A stretch of DNA of 64,000 nucleotides, taken from Candidatus Moraniibacteriota bacterium. Lineage in GTDB: Bacteria > Patescibacteriota > Minisyncoccia > Moranbacterales > UBA1568. Shown here in pieces: positions 50,759 through 61,315 of this stretch. Position 1 is the first letter of the stretch, and each line of letters starts with the position of its first letter. The notes beneath the pieces are model-generated. The model worked only from the letters and a program-made list of their open reading frames with translations, was not told the origin of the DNA and did no database searches. The DNA is taken from NCBI GenBank assembly GCA_963743885.1, contig CAVURJ010000002.1, positions 109,020 to 173,019 on the forward strand, given 5' to 3'. A program made the translations under genes and the position numbers.

Positions 50759-52513
50759 ATGCACATCGAACAGGGGCAATTGAAAAGTTTTCTTGAGGAT
50801 TCGAATATCATCCCGAAGGACAAGCTTGAGCCGGCGGCTATCGAGGCGAAGAAGGCCGGCAAGGAGCTTGGCGCTTATCTTCTTGAGAACAAACTCATCA
50901 CCGAAGTGGATCTCCAGAAGACGTATGCGTACGTCCTCGGGATTCCGTTTGTCGATCTGTCCAAAGAGACGATACCGATCGATATTCTCCAGACCGTCCC
51001 GGAGCTGATTGCTAAGAAGTACAATATTGTCTCTTTTGAGCGTTCTGGTGCCAATTTGAAGGTGGCGATGCTCAATCCGGAGGACCTTCAGACGATCGAC
51101 TTCATCAAAAAGAAGACCGGCCTCAAGATCGTGCCGTGCTTGACGAGCCGCGAGAGTATCCAGGCGGCGCTTCGCCAATATGAGAAGAGCCTCAAGGCGG
51201 AGTTTGGCGATATCCTGACGGCCGATATCAAGCCGGAAGGAGATGAGGAGAATGGTGGCGAAGAGAATCTGGCGCAGGTGGCGGCCGGGCTGCCGGTCAT
51301 TCGCATCGTCGATACGCTCCTCAAACATGCGATTCTCGAGTCCGCGAGCGATATCCATATCGAGCCGGAAGAGAAGGAAGTGCATGTGCGCTACCGCATC
51401 GATGGTGTGCTCCATGATGCTATGACCCTGCCAAAGGATGCAGCGCTCGGCATCGTGGCGCGTATCAAGGTGCTTTCCAATCTCAAGCTCGACGAGCACC
51501 GTTTGCCGCAGGACGGCCGTTTCAAGATTGAGAGTGATGAGTACAAGATCTCGTTCCGTGTCTCTATCCTACCAGTCTTCGATGGTGAGAAGATCGTCAT
51601 GCGTCTTCTCGACGAATCGTCCAAGGGACTGACGCTCGAGAAGATGGGCTTTCATCCGATGGCGCTCGAGGCGGTGCAGCGCGAGATCAACAAGCCGAAC
51701 GGCATGATCCTCGTGACAGGACCAACTGGTTCTGGTAAGACGACGACGCTCTATACGGTGATGGATATCTTGAATACGCCGGAAGTGAACATCTCGACGG
51801 TTGAGGATCCAGTGGAATACCGCATGCCGAGGGTCAACCAGACCCAGATTTCAACCAAGATCGGCATGACGTTCGCGGCGGCGCTTCGAGCACTCCTTCG
51901 TCAGGACCCGGACATCATCATGGTCGGTGAAATCCGCGATAGCGAGACGCTCGAGATCGCTATGCATGCTGCTATGACGGGTCATCTCGTGCTCTCGACG
52001 CTTCATACCAATAGCGCTGCGGCGACGTTGCCGCGTATGCTTGATATGGGCGCGGAGCCGTTCCTTATCGCGTCGACTGTGAACGTTATCATCGCGCAGC
52101 GCCTCATCCGCCGTCTCTGCGTCGAATGCAAGAAGCCGTACCAGCTGACTGCCAAGGAAGTGGAGTCACTCGGCAAGTCGTATGATATCGATGCAATCTT
52201 CGAGTATCTGAAGGAAGACAAGGTGAGCGCGAAGTATGTTGCGGATGCCAAGAAATGGGAGGACATCACGTTTTACAAGCCGGGCGGTTGCGAGCAGTGT
52301 GGTGGCGAGGGCTATCGTGGCCGGAGCGGCGTCTATGAGGTGCTTGCTATGGATACGGATATCAGGAAGCTCGTGACGCAGAATGCGACATCGGAAGAGC
52401 TCGAAGATCAGGCACGGAAGAACGGCATGGCGACGATGGTAGAGGACGGCTTCCAGAAGATCGTGCAGGGATCTACGTCGCTCGAGGAGGTCATGCGCGC
52501 CACGAAAGAATAG
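50759..52513 (+). CDS. pilB: Type IV pilus assembly ATPase PilB/GspE
   Basis: ASDIHIEP, RLPQDGR, GPTGSGKTT, EDPVE, LRQDPDIIMVGEIRD, CxxC..CxxC. Confidence 0.93.
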   Translation: MHIEQGQLKSFLEDSNIIPKDKLEPAAIEAKKAGKELGAYLLENKLITEVDLQKTYAYVLGIPFVDLSKETIPIDILQTVPELIAKKYNIVSFERSGANLKVAMLNPEDLQTIDFIKKKTGLKIVPCLTSRESIQAALRQYEKSLKAEFGDILTADIKPEGDEENGGEENLAQVAAGLPVIRIVDTLLKHAILESASDIHIEPEEKEVHVRYRIDGVLHDAMTLPKDAALGIVARIKVLSNLKLDEHRLPQDGRFKIESDEYKISFRVSILPVFDGEKIVMRLLDESSKGLTLEKMGFHPMALEAVQREINKPNGMILVTGPTGSGKTTTLYTVMDILNTPEVNISTVEDPVEYRMPRVNQTQISTKIGMTFAAALRALLRQDPDIIMVGEIRDSETLEIAMHAAMTGHLVLSTLHTNSAAATLPRMLDMGAEPFLIASTVNVIIAQRLIRRLCVECKKPYQLTAKEVESLGKSYDIDAIFEYLKEDKVSAKYVADAKKWEDITFYKPGGCEQCGGEGYRGRSGVYEVLAMDTDIRKLVTQNATSEELEDQARKNGMATMVEDGFQKIVQGSTSLEEVMRATKE

Positions 52514-52636
52514 TAGGGTATAGGTGATGGGGTGTAGGGTATAGTTAAAAAAAATCATGCCGGTTGGCATGATTTTTTCCGTATCTCCTGATTTTTCGTC
52601 TTTCTATACCCTATCTACTAAACCCTATACCCTGTC

Positions 52637-54145
52637 CTATGACTTGAATTCATCATGCCGGAGTTCGCGGCGGATATGGGATCGGGCGCCGGAAGTCCTG
52701 ACGAATCCGAGCCAGTCGCGGCTCGGCCGTTTTTTTCTTTGACGGTCAGGATCTCGATGACCTGGGCATTCTGGATACGATAGTCGAGCGGGACCATCTT
52801 ACCGTCCGCTTTGGCGCCGACGGCGCGGTTGCCTATCTCACTGTGGATGGCATAGGCGAAGTCGATCGGCGTGGCGTCTTCCGGCAGGTCGATGATGTCG
52901 CCTTTCGGTGTGAAAGCGAAGATATGGTTCTTGAAGAATTCGATCTTGAGTACCTTCCATGAATTCTTCGTCGTCGCGGCCGATCTCTTTCTGCCATTCT
53001 CGGAGTTGGCTGACCCAGGCGAGATCCTTGGGAAGCGTGTGGGTATGACGGCCTCTTCTGAAGAGTGAGCGCCAGCCGCTCTTGGCATCCTCAGCGTACA
53101 TCCAGTGGGCTGCGATGCCGTATTCGGCCTCGTCATGCATCTTCTGGGTACGAATCTGGATCTCGAGAACGCGGCCGTCCGGTCCGAAGACAGTGGTATG
53201 GAGCGATTGGTAGCCGTTCGGCTTAGGGAGAGAGATGTAATCCTTGATGCGTCCGACCATGGGACGGTATTCACGGTGGATGATGCCGAGTGCTTCGTAG
53301 CAGTCGGCGATCTCTGGAACGATGATACGAATGGCGATCAGATCGTAGATGCGCGTGATATCCATGTCGTGCGTTCGAAGCTTCTGGTAGAGGCGGTAGA
53401 GGCCTTTGGTGCGTCCGGAAATCCCGATGGTCCGCACTTTCTCTTTCTCGAGCGTTTTTTGGAAAAGCCGTACGGCACGCTCCATGTACTCCTTGCCTTC
53501 ATGAAGATAGGTTTCTTCGATCTTTCTGGTTTCTCGATAGCGTTCCGGGTCGAGGTGGAGGAAGCAGAGGTCTTCGAGTTCGCCTTTGATCTCGCCGATG
53601 CCGAGGCGGTTGGCAATCGGAGCGAAGACTTCCATCGTTTCGCGGGCGATACGTTCGCGTTTCTCGGGACGCAGATGCTCGAGGGTGCGCATGTTATGCA
53701 GGCGGTCGGCCAGCTTGATGATGACGACACGGATGTCCTGCGCCATCGCCATGAACATTTTTCGGAGATTTTCGAGAAAGTACTCTTCTTTGGAACCGCG
53801 GAGTTTGATTTTTCCGAGCTTGGTGATGCCGTCGACGAGGTAGGCAGTTTCCGGGCCGAAGCGCTTCTCGATGTCTTGGAGGGTCACTTCGGTGTCTTCC
53901 GGGACGTCATGGAGCAGCCCGGCGGCGATAGTGTGCTCGTCCATGCCGATCTCGGCGAGGATTTCGGCGACATGGAGCGAGTGGGTAATGTAGTCTTCGC
54001 CGGATTTCCGTTTCTGCCCATGATGGGCTTCTTCAGCGAAGCGGTAGGCCTCCGCGAGGAACTTCTGGTCGTCGCTCGTGAGGGGGTGGACGGCCTTTTT
54101 GAGGATATCTTCGATGGTCGGTGCCGGCATGAGTGGTGTTTCCAT
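52637..54145 (-). pseudogene. rel: RelA/SpoT homolog (HD-synthetase-TGS) with two frameshifts flanking the TGS domain
   Basis: HD motif LLHDVPED, KLADRLHNMRT, KPNGYQSLHT, EIQIRT; +1 near 52951 and -1 in the A7 run near 52733 displace FTPKG..DFAYAIH and RPSRDWL. Confidence 0.85.
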
Positions 54146-54336
54146 AGTGATAGTATAAGCGTTGTCATGGAACATGACAACGCTTGGAATCGCGTCGCTC
54201 GAAAAGAACGAAAACAAGCCTTCGCTCTGTTTCTCGCTAGCGGTTATAGAATACGCTGGCTTTTGAGGAAAATCAATGGCGGGGCGGTTTTTTTTGTAGT
54301 ATACTGCAGAAAAGTATCAATCCTCACAAAACGTAT

Positions 54337-55632
54337 ATGCAAAGCATTTCCTCAAAAAATGGATCTGTCCTCGTTTTCTCTCTCATCATTCTTTCTTTCA
54401 TGCTCGTCTCAGCCCTTTCTATCGCGGCTGTTTCCGTATCGGAGCGCAAATCGGCCTCGACGACCGAGCGTTCCAGCCGCTCCTTCCAAGTCGCTGATAC
54501 CGGTGTCGAGAAGGCGCTTCAGAAGATCTACAAGGGCAGCTTCGCTGACCTGAACGCTCTTGCTGGGAGTCTCGGGGGGTCTTGTGCTGGAGCTGTCATT
54601 TCTGGTTCGACCGCATCCGGTTCCTACGAAGTCACTCTTTTTGATAATGATGGCAATGCTATCGCCTGTAACGATGCTTCTTGGCGGGGAAACACTGTCA
54701 AGCTCCGATCCCAAGGCTTCTCCGGCAGCACGACCCGGGCCGTAGAGGTGGCAGTATCGGCATGTGGAAATACGAGCTATCCGGCTGGTCTTGCCCCGAC
54801 GGGTATCGCGTTTGATTCTGTTACCAATTCCATATGGGTGGCGAATAGCTTCAGTGATACCGTCAGCAAGGGTAATGTACATACTGGTTTGAGAGTTGAT
54901 TATCCGGTAGGGTCAAGGCCGAATGGTATCGCATTTGACTCTGTCACGAATTCTATGTGGGTGGTAAATCGTAATTCCGGCACTGTCAGTAAAGTCAATG
55001 TGAATACGGGCGCGAGGACGGATTATATAGTTGGGCCGCCCCTCGTTATTTCCGGGGAGATCACATTCGATCCGGTTACGGAATCTGTATGGGTGACGTT
55101 TGGGTCTGGTAGTGTTGAAAAAATCGATATTCATACTGGGATGATAACTGATGTTTATCCAACCGGTTCTGGATCAATGGGTGTCGCATTCGATCCGGTT
55201 ACGGAATCTGTATGGGTAGTAAATAGAAATGACGACACTGTCAGCAAGGTCGATATCCACACCGGCTCGAGAGTCGATTATCCAGTGGGTGACAACCCGC
55301 TAGGAGCTGCGTTTGATCCTGATACTGGTTCCGTGTGGGTTGCAAACGAGAACTCTGATACCCTTAGCAAGGTCGATATCCACACCGGCTCGAGAGTCGA
55401 TTATCCAGTGGGGGACGGCCCGAATAGGGATGTGTTTGATCCGATCACCCATTCTGTGTGGGTTTCAAATAGGAATGATGATACTGTCAGCAGGGTTAAT
55501 ATCGCTACTGGTTCGAGAGCTGATTATGCCGTAGGAGATAATCCGAGAGCGAATGCTTTTGATTCCGCAACTAATTCTATTTGGGTGTCAAATTATGGTT
55601 CTAACACCATCAGTAGGATCTGTGTAAAATGA
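54337..55632 (+). CDS. PilX-like minor pilin fused to a YVTN/YncE-type beta-propeller
   Basis: Prepilin-like KNG/SVLVFSLIIL; seven ~41-aa repeats YPVGxxPxGxAFDxxTxSxWVxN. Confidence 0.8.
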   Translation: MQSISSKNGSVLVFSLIILSFMLVSALSIAAVSVSERKSASTTERSSRSFQVADTGVEKALQKIYKGSFADLNALAGSLGGSCAGAVISGSTASGSYEVTLFDNDGNAIACNDASWRGNTVKLRSQGFSGSTTRAVEVAVSACGNTSYPAGLAPTGIAFDSVTNSIWVANSFSDTVSKGNVHTGLRVDYPVGSRPNGIAFDSVTNSMWVVNRNSGTVSKVNVNTGARTDYIVGPPLVISGEITFDPVTESVWVTFGSGSVEKIDIHTGMITDVYPTGSGSMGVAFDPVTESVWVVNRNDDTVSKVDIHTGSRVDYPVGDNPLGAAFDPDTGSVWVANENSDTLSKVDIHTGSRVDYPVGDGPNRDVFDPITHSVWVSNRNDDTVSRVNIATGSRADYAVGDNPRANAFDSATNSIWVSNYGSNTISRICVK

Positions 55633-55742
55633 TCATGGCTTAACCAGAAAGAAACCACGACCCGCTGGATGGCAGGTCGTGGTTTTTTTCATATTTCACT
55701 AAAGCTTCGGAGTGGTCGCAGGACAGAGGCTATATCTTCATC

Positions 55743-56019
55743 TTATCCAGTCTGTGATTTTGGCATTCTTTCTTTGAACAGCGGTCAGGTATGGTCTTCG
55801 GTCACAGATAATCCGTCCGCTGTCGCGTCCGGATTTCCGCGACCCCGACTCGCGCCTGCCTGCCGGTAGGCAAGAGTTTGCGTGAGTAAAGTGTCTACTT
55901 CTTTATTTTATCTGGTCTGTGGTTCGGGCACTCCTTTTTGCTGCAGCGTTCTGGGATGGTTTTCGGTCACAGATAACCCGTCCGCCGCCGCGGTCGGATT
56001 TCCGCGACCCCGACTCGCG
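55743..56019. repeat. Two imperfect ~110-nt direct repeats, 165-nt period
   Basis: TTCGGTCACAGATAA..GGATTTCCGCGACCCCGACTCGCG at 55797 and 55962. Confidence 0.8.
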
Positions 56020-56097
56020 GTTTCGCGTGCTCGCGAAACATCGCTCCGTCTCACGAAAACAGCCGTCCATGCAAAGCAGTTTGCATGGACTTGACGG

Positions 56098-58257
56098 TTA
56101 CTGTTTCAGCTTGTGGGGGTTGTGGTTCGGACAGGCTTTGCTGCTACATCTTTCGGGGATTGTTTTCGTGCCTTCCATCATGAGGGAGTTGCAGAGCAAG
56201 CAGAGGTTTCCGGTTGGTTTGGCCTTGATGGCGTTCTTGCAATCCGGGTAATTGGTGCAGGAATAGAATATCCCGAATCTTCCCTTGCGTTCTGCCATTT
56301 CCCCGTCTTTGCATGCGGGGCATTTGATCCCTGTTGTCTGCTGATTGTTCGCTGTTTTCTGGATGTACTTGCATTTCGGGTAGTTGCTGCAGGCGACGAA
56401 ACGGCCGAAGCGGCCGTCGCGCTCGATGAGCTTACCGTCCTTACAATCGGGACACTTCTCGCCTGTTTCTTTCGGGCCTTCGAGTTCGGTGCCGTCGATA
56501 GTGCGGGCACCAGTGCAGTCAGGGAAGCGCGAGCAGGAGAGGAAGCGACCAGCGCGCGAGAGTTTGACTACCATTGAGGCATCGCATTTCGGGCACTTCA
56601 TATCATCTGGCGCATCGCCCATAGTGGTCGCTTTGGCGACCTTGTCCTTACTCTTCACCTGCTTGGCGAACGGTGTATAGAAATCCGCGAGTGTCTTCGC
56701 GTATTCGCGATTTCCGTTTGCGATATCGTCGAGCCGGTTCTCCATATCGGCCGTGAAGACCTCGGAAAGTATTTCTGAGAAGTGTTCGAAGAGGAAATCG
56801 TCGACGACAATGCCGGTGTCGGTCGCTTTGAGAGATTTGCCTTCCTTTTCGACATAACCGCGATCCTGGATGGTTTTGACGATCGAGGCATAGGTTGATG
56901 GCCGGCCGATACCGCGCTTTTCGAGCTCCTTCACAAGGCCGGCTTCGGTATAGCGCTTGGGAGGATCTGTCTCCTTCGCTTCGGAAGAGATGTCTTCGAG
57001 CGTGAGCGGATCGGATACCGAGACGCTCGGCACCTCGACGTCTTCGCCGCGCGCGGCCGTATCGCAGGCGAGCCAGCCGGCAGAGAGGAGATGCGAGCCA
57101 TTCGCGGAGAAATCTGGGAGGGCTCGATCAGTCGTGTTGGCGATGATCTTGGTGCGGAGGATCTCTGCGTCGGCCATCTGCGAGGCGAGCGTGCGGGTGC
57201 GGATGAGCGCATAGAGCTTCTTCTCCTCATCGGTGAAGCCGGCGGTCTTCTTTCCGGGATCGGTGGGGCGGATGGCTTCGTGGGCTTCCTGGGCGTTCTT
57301 GCTCTTGGTCTTGTATCGACGGACCGAGAGGGCGGCTGCTCCGAATTCCTTGGTCACGACAGCAGCGATAGTCGGAATGATCTCTTCGGAGAGCGAGACC
57401 GAGTCGGTGCGCATATAGGTGATGTAGCCTTTCTCGTAGAGTTTCTGGGCGGCGCGCATGGTGCGGGAAGGGGACATGCCGAGACGGGAGCTGGCGGCCT
57501 GTTGGAGGGTTGATGTCGTGAATGGTGCGTATGGCCGGCGGAGCGCTTCGGTTGCGGTCACATCAGTGATTTCCCACGCACCCTTTTTAGCGAGTGCGAG
57601 GATCTCTTCGGCGCGGGCTGCTTCTTTCGGCTGTTCAGTACAGGAGAAGATGATCGAGTCGCCCTTCTTGGTCTTGCAGGCGGCCTCGATGACATGGTAG
57701 GTCTCTGGGATGAAGGCGCGAATCTCTTTCTCGCGTTCGACGAGGATATGGAGGGCAGGGGACTGGACACGGCCGGCGGAGAGTCCGTAGCGGACTTTCT
57801 TCCAGACGAGACCGGAGAGATCGTAACCGACGAGCCGGTCGAGGACGCGGCGGGCTTCCTGGGCTTTGCGGAGATCAGTATCGAGTGCGCGTGGATGGGC
57901 CACGGCCTCACCTACGGCCTTCTCGGTGATTTCGTAGAAGAGGACGCGCTTAGGTTTCTTGATGCCGCAAACTTCGGCGACGTGCCAGGCAATCGCTTCT
58001 CCTTCGCGGTCGGGGTCAGTAGCGAGCAATACTTCGTCGCTCTTCTTGGCGAGCGCTTTGATATCTCGTACGACGGCTTCCTTGCCCGGCGTGATCTCAT
58101 AGCGCGGAACGAAGCCACCCTCGATGTCGATGGCGGACTTGTTGGATTTCGGGAGGTCGCGGACATGGCCGACCGACGCGACGACCTTGTACCCGCCTTT
58201 CAGGTACTTCTCAATGGTCTTGGCTTTTGATGGTGACTCGACGATGAGGAGTTTCAT
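56098..58257 (-). CDS. topA: DNA topoisomerase I
   Basis: IVESPSKAKTI, DPDREGE, SAGRVQS, ITYMRTD, GIGRPSTY, C-terminal Zn ribbons. Confidence 0.97.
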   Translation of the reverse strand: MKLLIVESPSKAKTIEKYLKGGYKVVASVGHVRDLPKSNKSAIDIEGGFVPRYEITPGKEAVVRDIKALAKKSDEVLLATDPDREGEAIAWHVAEVCGIKKPKRVLFYEITEKAVGEAVAHPRALDTDLRKAQEARRVLDRLVGYDLSGLVWKKVRYGLSAGRVQSPALHILVEREKEIRAFIPETYHVIEAACKTKKGDSIIFSCTEQPKEAARAEEILALAKKGAWEITDVTATEALRRPYAPFTTSTLQQAASSRLGMSPSRTMRAAQKLYEKGYITYMRTDSVSLSEEIIPTIAAVVTKEFGAAALSVRRYKTKSKNAQEAHEAIRPTDPGKKTAGFTDEEKKLYALIRTRTLASQMADAEILRTKIIANTTDRALPDFSANGSHLLSAGWLACDTAARGEDVEVPSVSVSDPLTLEDISSEAKETDPPKRYTEAGLVKELEKRGIGRPSTYASIVKTIQDRGYVEKEGKSLKATDTGIVVDDFLFEHFSEILSEVFTADMENRLDDIANGNREYAKTLADFYTPFAKQVKSKDKVAKATTMGDAPDDMKCPKCDASMVVKLSRAGRFLSCSRFPDCTGARTIDGTELEGPKETGEKCPDCKDGKLIERDGRFGRFVACSNYPKCKYIQKTANNQQTTGIKCPACKDGEMAERKGRFGIFYSCTNYPDCKNAIKAKPTGNLCLLCNSLMMEGTKTIPERCSSKACPNHNPHKLKQ

Positions 58258-58340
58258 ATATCAGTCAACAGCTAACAGTTAACAAAACGCGTAACGGAGG
58301 AAGTTTCTTTCATATGGTTGCACCCGTTTTTTGTTGATTG

Positions 58341-58453
58341 TTTATTACCAAACGAAGTGAGTGAAACGAAAGTGTACTTTCGTTTTCGAGCGAGTGCAGG
58401 TAAAATCGGGTCAAATGCCCCGCGGCTTGCCCTGGGGTGAATACCCGTTATTG
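58341..58453. repeat. Family A element, copy 4; overlaps the dprA stop codon
   Basis: TTATTACCAAACG..GCAGGTAAAATCGGGT..CCCCGCGGCTTGCCCTGGGG..AATACCCGTTAT. Confidence 0.8.
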
Positions 58454-59548
58454 TTTAATGTAATTCATGCCACCTACGTTTTTTACGAGCCCCTTTATTT
58501 CAAGCATCGAGAGTATCGAACTCACGGCTGCAGTTTCCAGTGTAGCTGCCTGGATTATCTTGTCAACGTGGATCGGTTCGTGCGAGAGGCAGCGGAGCAC
58601 TCTTTGTTCTTCCGGAGAGAGGCCGGCGGAGGCTCCTGTAATCGCTGTATCATCAGATTGTGTCGCTGGTATGAGAGCGGGGAATTCTTCCAGAATATCA
58701 CTGACGGATGTCACGATCTTTGCGCCTTCCCGGATGAGCCGGTTGGTGCCGGTCGAGACGGGGGAGAAGATGGATCCTGGTATGGCAAATACCTCCCGAT
58801 TATAATCGAGAGCGAGTCGGGCCGTGATGAGGCTGCCGCTCTCTTCGGCGGCTTCGATGACGACCACGCCGAGGCTCATGCCGGCGATGATGCGGTTGCG
58901 CATCGGGAAGGTGTAGGTATTCGCCGGAGTACCGGGAGGGTATTCGGAGACGAGTGCGCCATGTCCGGCGATCCTTTTGGCAAGCGCGACATTGTTCCTC
59001 GGGTAGAGTGAGGCGTCATCGAGGCCGTTGCCCATGACGGCGATGGTCTCCATGCCGGCTTCAAGCGCGGCTTCGTGTGCCAGGGCGTCGATGCCGTAGG
59101 CGAGGCCAGAGACGACGACGCAGCCGGAGCGGGCGAGATCCTCACCGAGCCGGTAGGCGGCCCGTTCCCCATAGTTCGTGTATTTGCGCGAGCCAACGAT
59201 AGCGATGAGTGGCCTCGGTCGGGACCAATCGTAAGTGCCGCGGGCATAGAGTATATAAGGACTATCCAGAGCCTCTCGGAGTAGCTCTGGGTACGATGGA
59301 TCCGATTTCGAGAGCAGGATTATGCTGTGCGTTTGGAAGCGCTTCCATTCCTGATCAGGATTGATAGAGCACCTTCCTTTGAGGAGGAGGTCTTTAGTCT
59401 TCTGGGAGAGGTCGGCCGAGAAAAGGATGTCGTTCTCCGGGGCGTTCCAGACTGTTTCGCCGCTGCCGAATATCCCGACCAGAGTTTCCAAGCGGTCATT
59501 TCCGGGCTTGAGGATCAGGTTGAGAGCGTGAAGATATTTCCTGTCCAT
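58448..59548 (-). CDS. dprA: DNA-processing protein DprA
   Basis: IAIVGSR, VVSGLAYGIDALAH, FPMRNRIIAG, SGSLITA, GTNRLI. Confidence 0.95.
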   Translation of the reverse strand: MDRKYLHALNLILKPGNDRLETLVGIFGSGETVWNAPENDILFSADLSQKTKDLLLKGRCSINPDQEWKRFQTHSIILLSKSDPSYPELLREALDSPYILYARGTYDWSRPRPLIAIVGSRKYTNYGERAAYRLGEDLARSGCVVVSGLAYGIDALAHEAALEAGMETIAVMGNGLDDASLYPRNNVALAKRIAGHGALVSEYPPGTPANTYTFPMRNRIIAGMSLGVVVIEAAEESGSLITARLALDYNREVFAIPGSIFSPVSTGTNRLIREGAKIVTSVSDILEEFPALIPATQSDDTAITGASAGLSPEEQRVLRCLSHEPIHVDKIIQAATLETAAVSSILSMLEIKGLVKNVGGMNYIKQ

Positions 59549-59685
59549 GAGGGTATCTTTTTCTTCTACTATAGATGAGACGAGGATAAAAAGCACGTCA
59601 CAGTAGACAAAGATGTTGTTTTTCGTTATGATAGGTATTGTTTTTAAAGAAGTCGTTTCCGCCAGAGGCGGACGAGTGTAGATTT

Positions 59686-60000
59686 GGGCCGTTAGCCCCT
59701 CACTTGGAATCAGTAAAAACGCAGATGTACTACGTCTACGTGCTGAAAAGCAAAAAGGATGCCAGTCTGTATATTGGCTACACAAGCAATCTGAAAAGGC
59801 GTTTTGAAGAGCATAATTCAGAAAAGAATATCTCTACAAAGCACAAAGCTCCTTTTGAGATTGTTTATTACGAAGCGTATCGATCCATGGCTGATGCGAA
59901 GGATCGTGAGAAGAAACTTAAACGTTTTTCTGGCGCTTCGATACATCTCAAAAAGCGGATCAGTGGTAGTCTGACTGATTCCAAGTGAGGGGCCGTTAGC
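59686..60000 (+). mobile_element. GIY-YIG mini-element at tRNA-Ala: 11-bp direct repeat and 20-bp inverted repeat
   Basis: GGGCCGTTAGC at 59686 and 59990; GCCCCTCACTTGGAATCAGT 59695-59714 / ACTGATTCCAAGTGAGGGGC 59974-59993. Confidence 0.75.
59725..59988 (+). CDS. Small GIY-YIG nuclease (87 aa)
   Basis: YYVYVL..LYIGYTSNLKRR..EHN..YYEAY..A..REKKLK. Confidence 0.92.
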   Translation: MYYVYVLKSKKDASLYIGYTSNLKRRFEEHNSEKNISTKHKAPFEIVYYEAYRSMADAKDREKKLKRFSGASIHLKKRISGSLTDSK

Positions 60001-60062
60001 TCATCTGGTAGAGCACCGCATTTGCAATGCGGGGGTGGCAGGTTCGAGTCCTGTACGGTCCA
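59990..60062 (+). tRNA. tRNA-Ala(TGC)
   Basis: Cloverleaf, G3-U70, CCGCA-TTTGCAA-TGCGG. Confidence 0.96.
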
Positions 60063-60192
60063 CCCTGTTAGAGAAAAATGACGCTCGCTTCATGCGGGCG
60101 ATTTTTTTTGAGAATGATACTTCGGGGGTATCCGTTGCGCTGCCAAGGGGTTGCTGTATAATGGCAGCAAGGGGTAATCCTTCTTTTTTCCT

Positions 60193-60813
60193 ATGAAGAA
60201 TCTTTTTTTTCCGCTGTTTATCCTTGCGGCCGTTGTCATGTTTGCGCCGTCGCTCGCTGATGCTCAAATTCCCGGAGGGGGGACGATTACGATCACTAAG
60301 AGTAATCCAATCGCTTTCGGTACTGTGGAGGACGTGGTGGATAGTATTCTCGGGACGATTAGGAAAATCATCGTTATCCTCTCGCTTGTCTTTATCGTTT
60401 TGGGAGCTATATTTTATATCGTTTCCGGTGGAGATGAGGGGAGGATCAAGTTGGCTAAGGGAGCGATTACTGCGTCTGTCATCGGTCTCGCGATAGGTAT
60501 CGCTGCCCCGTCTTTTCTCAAGGAGATTGGTGGCATCATCGGTTGGGGTAGTGCTGATTCTAGTGCCGTTGCGGGGGCTCTTACGATTTCGCAGATCGCT
60601 TCTAATGCACTTGATTTCCTCCTTTCTATTTTTGGTGTGCTTGCTATTATCATGCTGGTAGTGGGAGGGATAGCGTATCTTTCTTCAGCTGGGGACGAGG
60701 ATCGTATTGATACTGCCAAGAAGATTGTCAAATGGGCGATTATTGGTATCGTAGTCGCCTTTTCGGCCATGGTCATTGTTGACCAGATTGCCTCGCTGCT
60801 TTTGGGGGTGTAG
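60193..60813 (+). CDS. Tandem-domain CPR pilin (TrbC/VirB2-like)
   Basis: Two repeats of YxxSxGDExRIxxAK..IxxAxIG with TM pairs. Confidence 0.8.
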   Translation: MKNLFFPLFILAAVVMFAPSLADAQIPGGGTITITKSNPIAFGTVEDVVDSILGTIRKIIVILSLVFIVLGAIFYIVSGGDEGRIKLAKGAITASVIGLAIGIAAPSFLKEIGGIIGWGSADSSAVAGALTISQIASNALDFLLSIFGVLAIIMLVVGGIAYLSSAGDEDRIDTAKKIVKWAIIGIVVAFSAMVIVDQIASLLLGV

Positions 60814-60998
60814 GCTTCAAGGTTTTTCTGGTGCTCTTGAGTTTTTTTTGTCTTTGTGATACCATCAGGAATGTCGTTTTTCCTGAAAAGAGGGGATATT
60901 TCTGGTGATGAGTTCCCTCCAAAGGCGGGCGGGCAGGTGGTTCAGTGGACGAATGGCCGAGAACGAGAGAAAAATGTTCTGGAAAACGAGTGATCAAT

Positions 60999-61061
60999 GG
61001 GTGATTAGCTCAGGTGGTTACCCGCCCGAACGTACCGTTCGGTACGGGCGGGGAGCGCGAC
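60999..61061 (+). pseudogene. Duplicated 5' fragment (31 nt) of tRNA-Ile interrupted by a 32-nt palindrome
   Basis: GGGTGATTAGCTCAGGTGGTTA[CCCGCCCGAACGTACCGTTCGGTACGGGCGGG]GAGCGCGAC. Confidence 0.85.
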
Positions 61062-61075
61062 GCGCTTGGGAAGAT

Positions 61076-61315
61076 ATGATATACGTTGTTTATGTTTTGC
61101 GTAGCGAAGACGGTCGTCTGTATAAGGGGATGACAAATGATTTGAGTCGTCGAGTCGCAGAACATAGACGAGGTAAGACTCGCACTACGAGGTTGATGAA
61201 GGATGTGCGAGTAGTCTATACTGAGAATTACCAATCCGAAGAAGAGGCATATCTCCGCGAGCAGTATCTGAAGACTGCTGCAGGTAGGCGGTTTCTTAAG
61301 AAACAACTCGGGTGA
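61076..61315 (+). CDS. Small GIY-YIG nuclease (79 aa); last codon and stop lie inside tRNA-Ile
   Basis: YVVYVLRS..LYKGMTNDLSRR..EH..REQYLKT..GR. Confidence 0.9.
   Translation: MIYVVYVLRSEDGRLYKGMTNDLSRRVAEHRRGKTRTTRLMKDVRVVYTENYQSEEEAYLREQYLKTAAGRRFLKKQLG

Noticed and set aside
55743-56019. Possible CRISPR array
   Set aside because: Only two long degenerate copies and no cas genes; no repeat-spacer array seen anywhere in the window
59638-61315. Longer GIY-YIG starts at 59638 and 60905
   Set aside because: Extensions run through tRNA fragments and palindromes; the domain begins at the ATGs at 59725 and 61076
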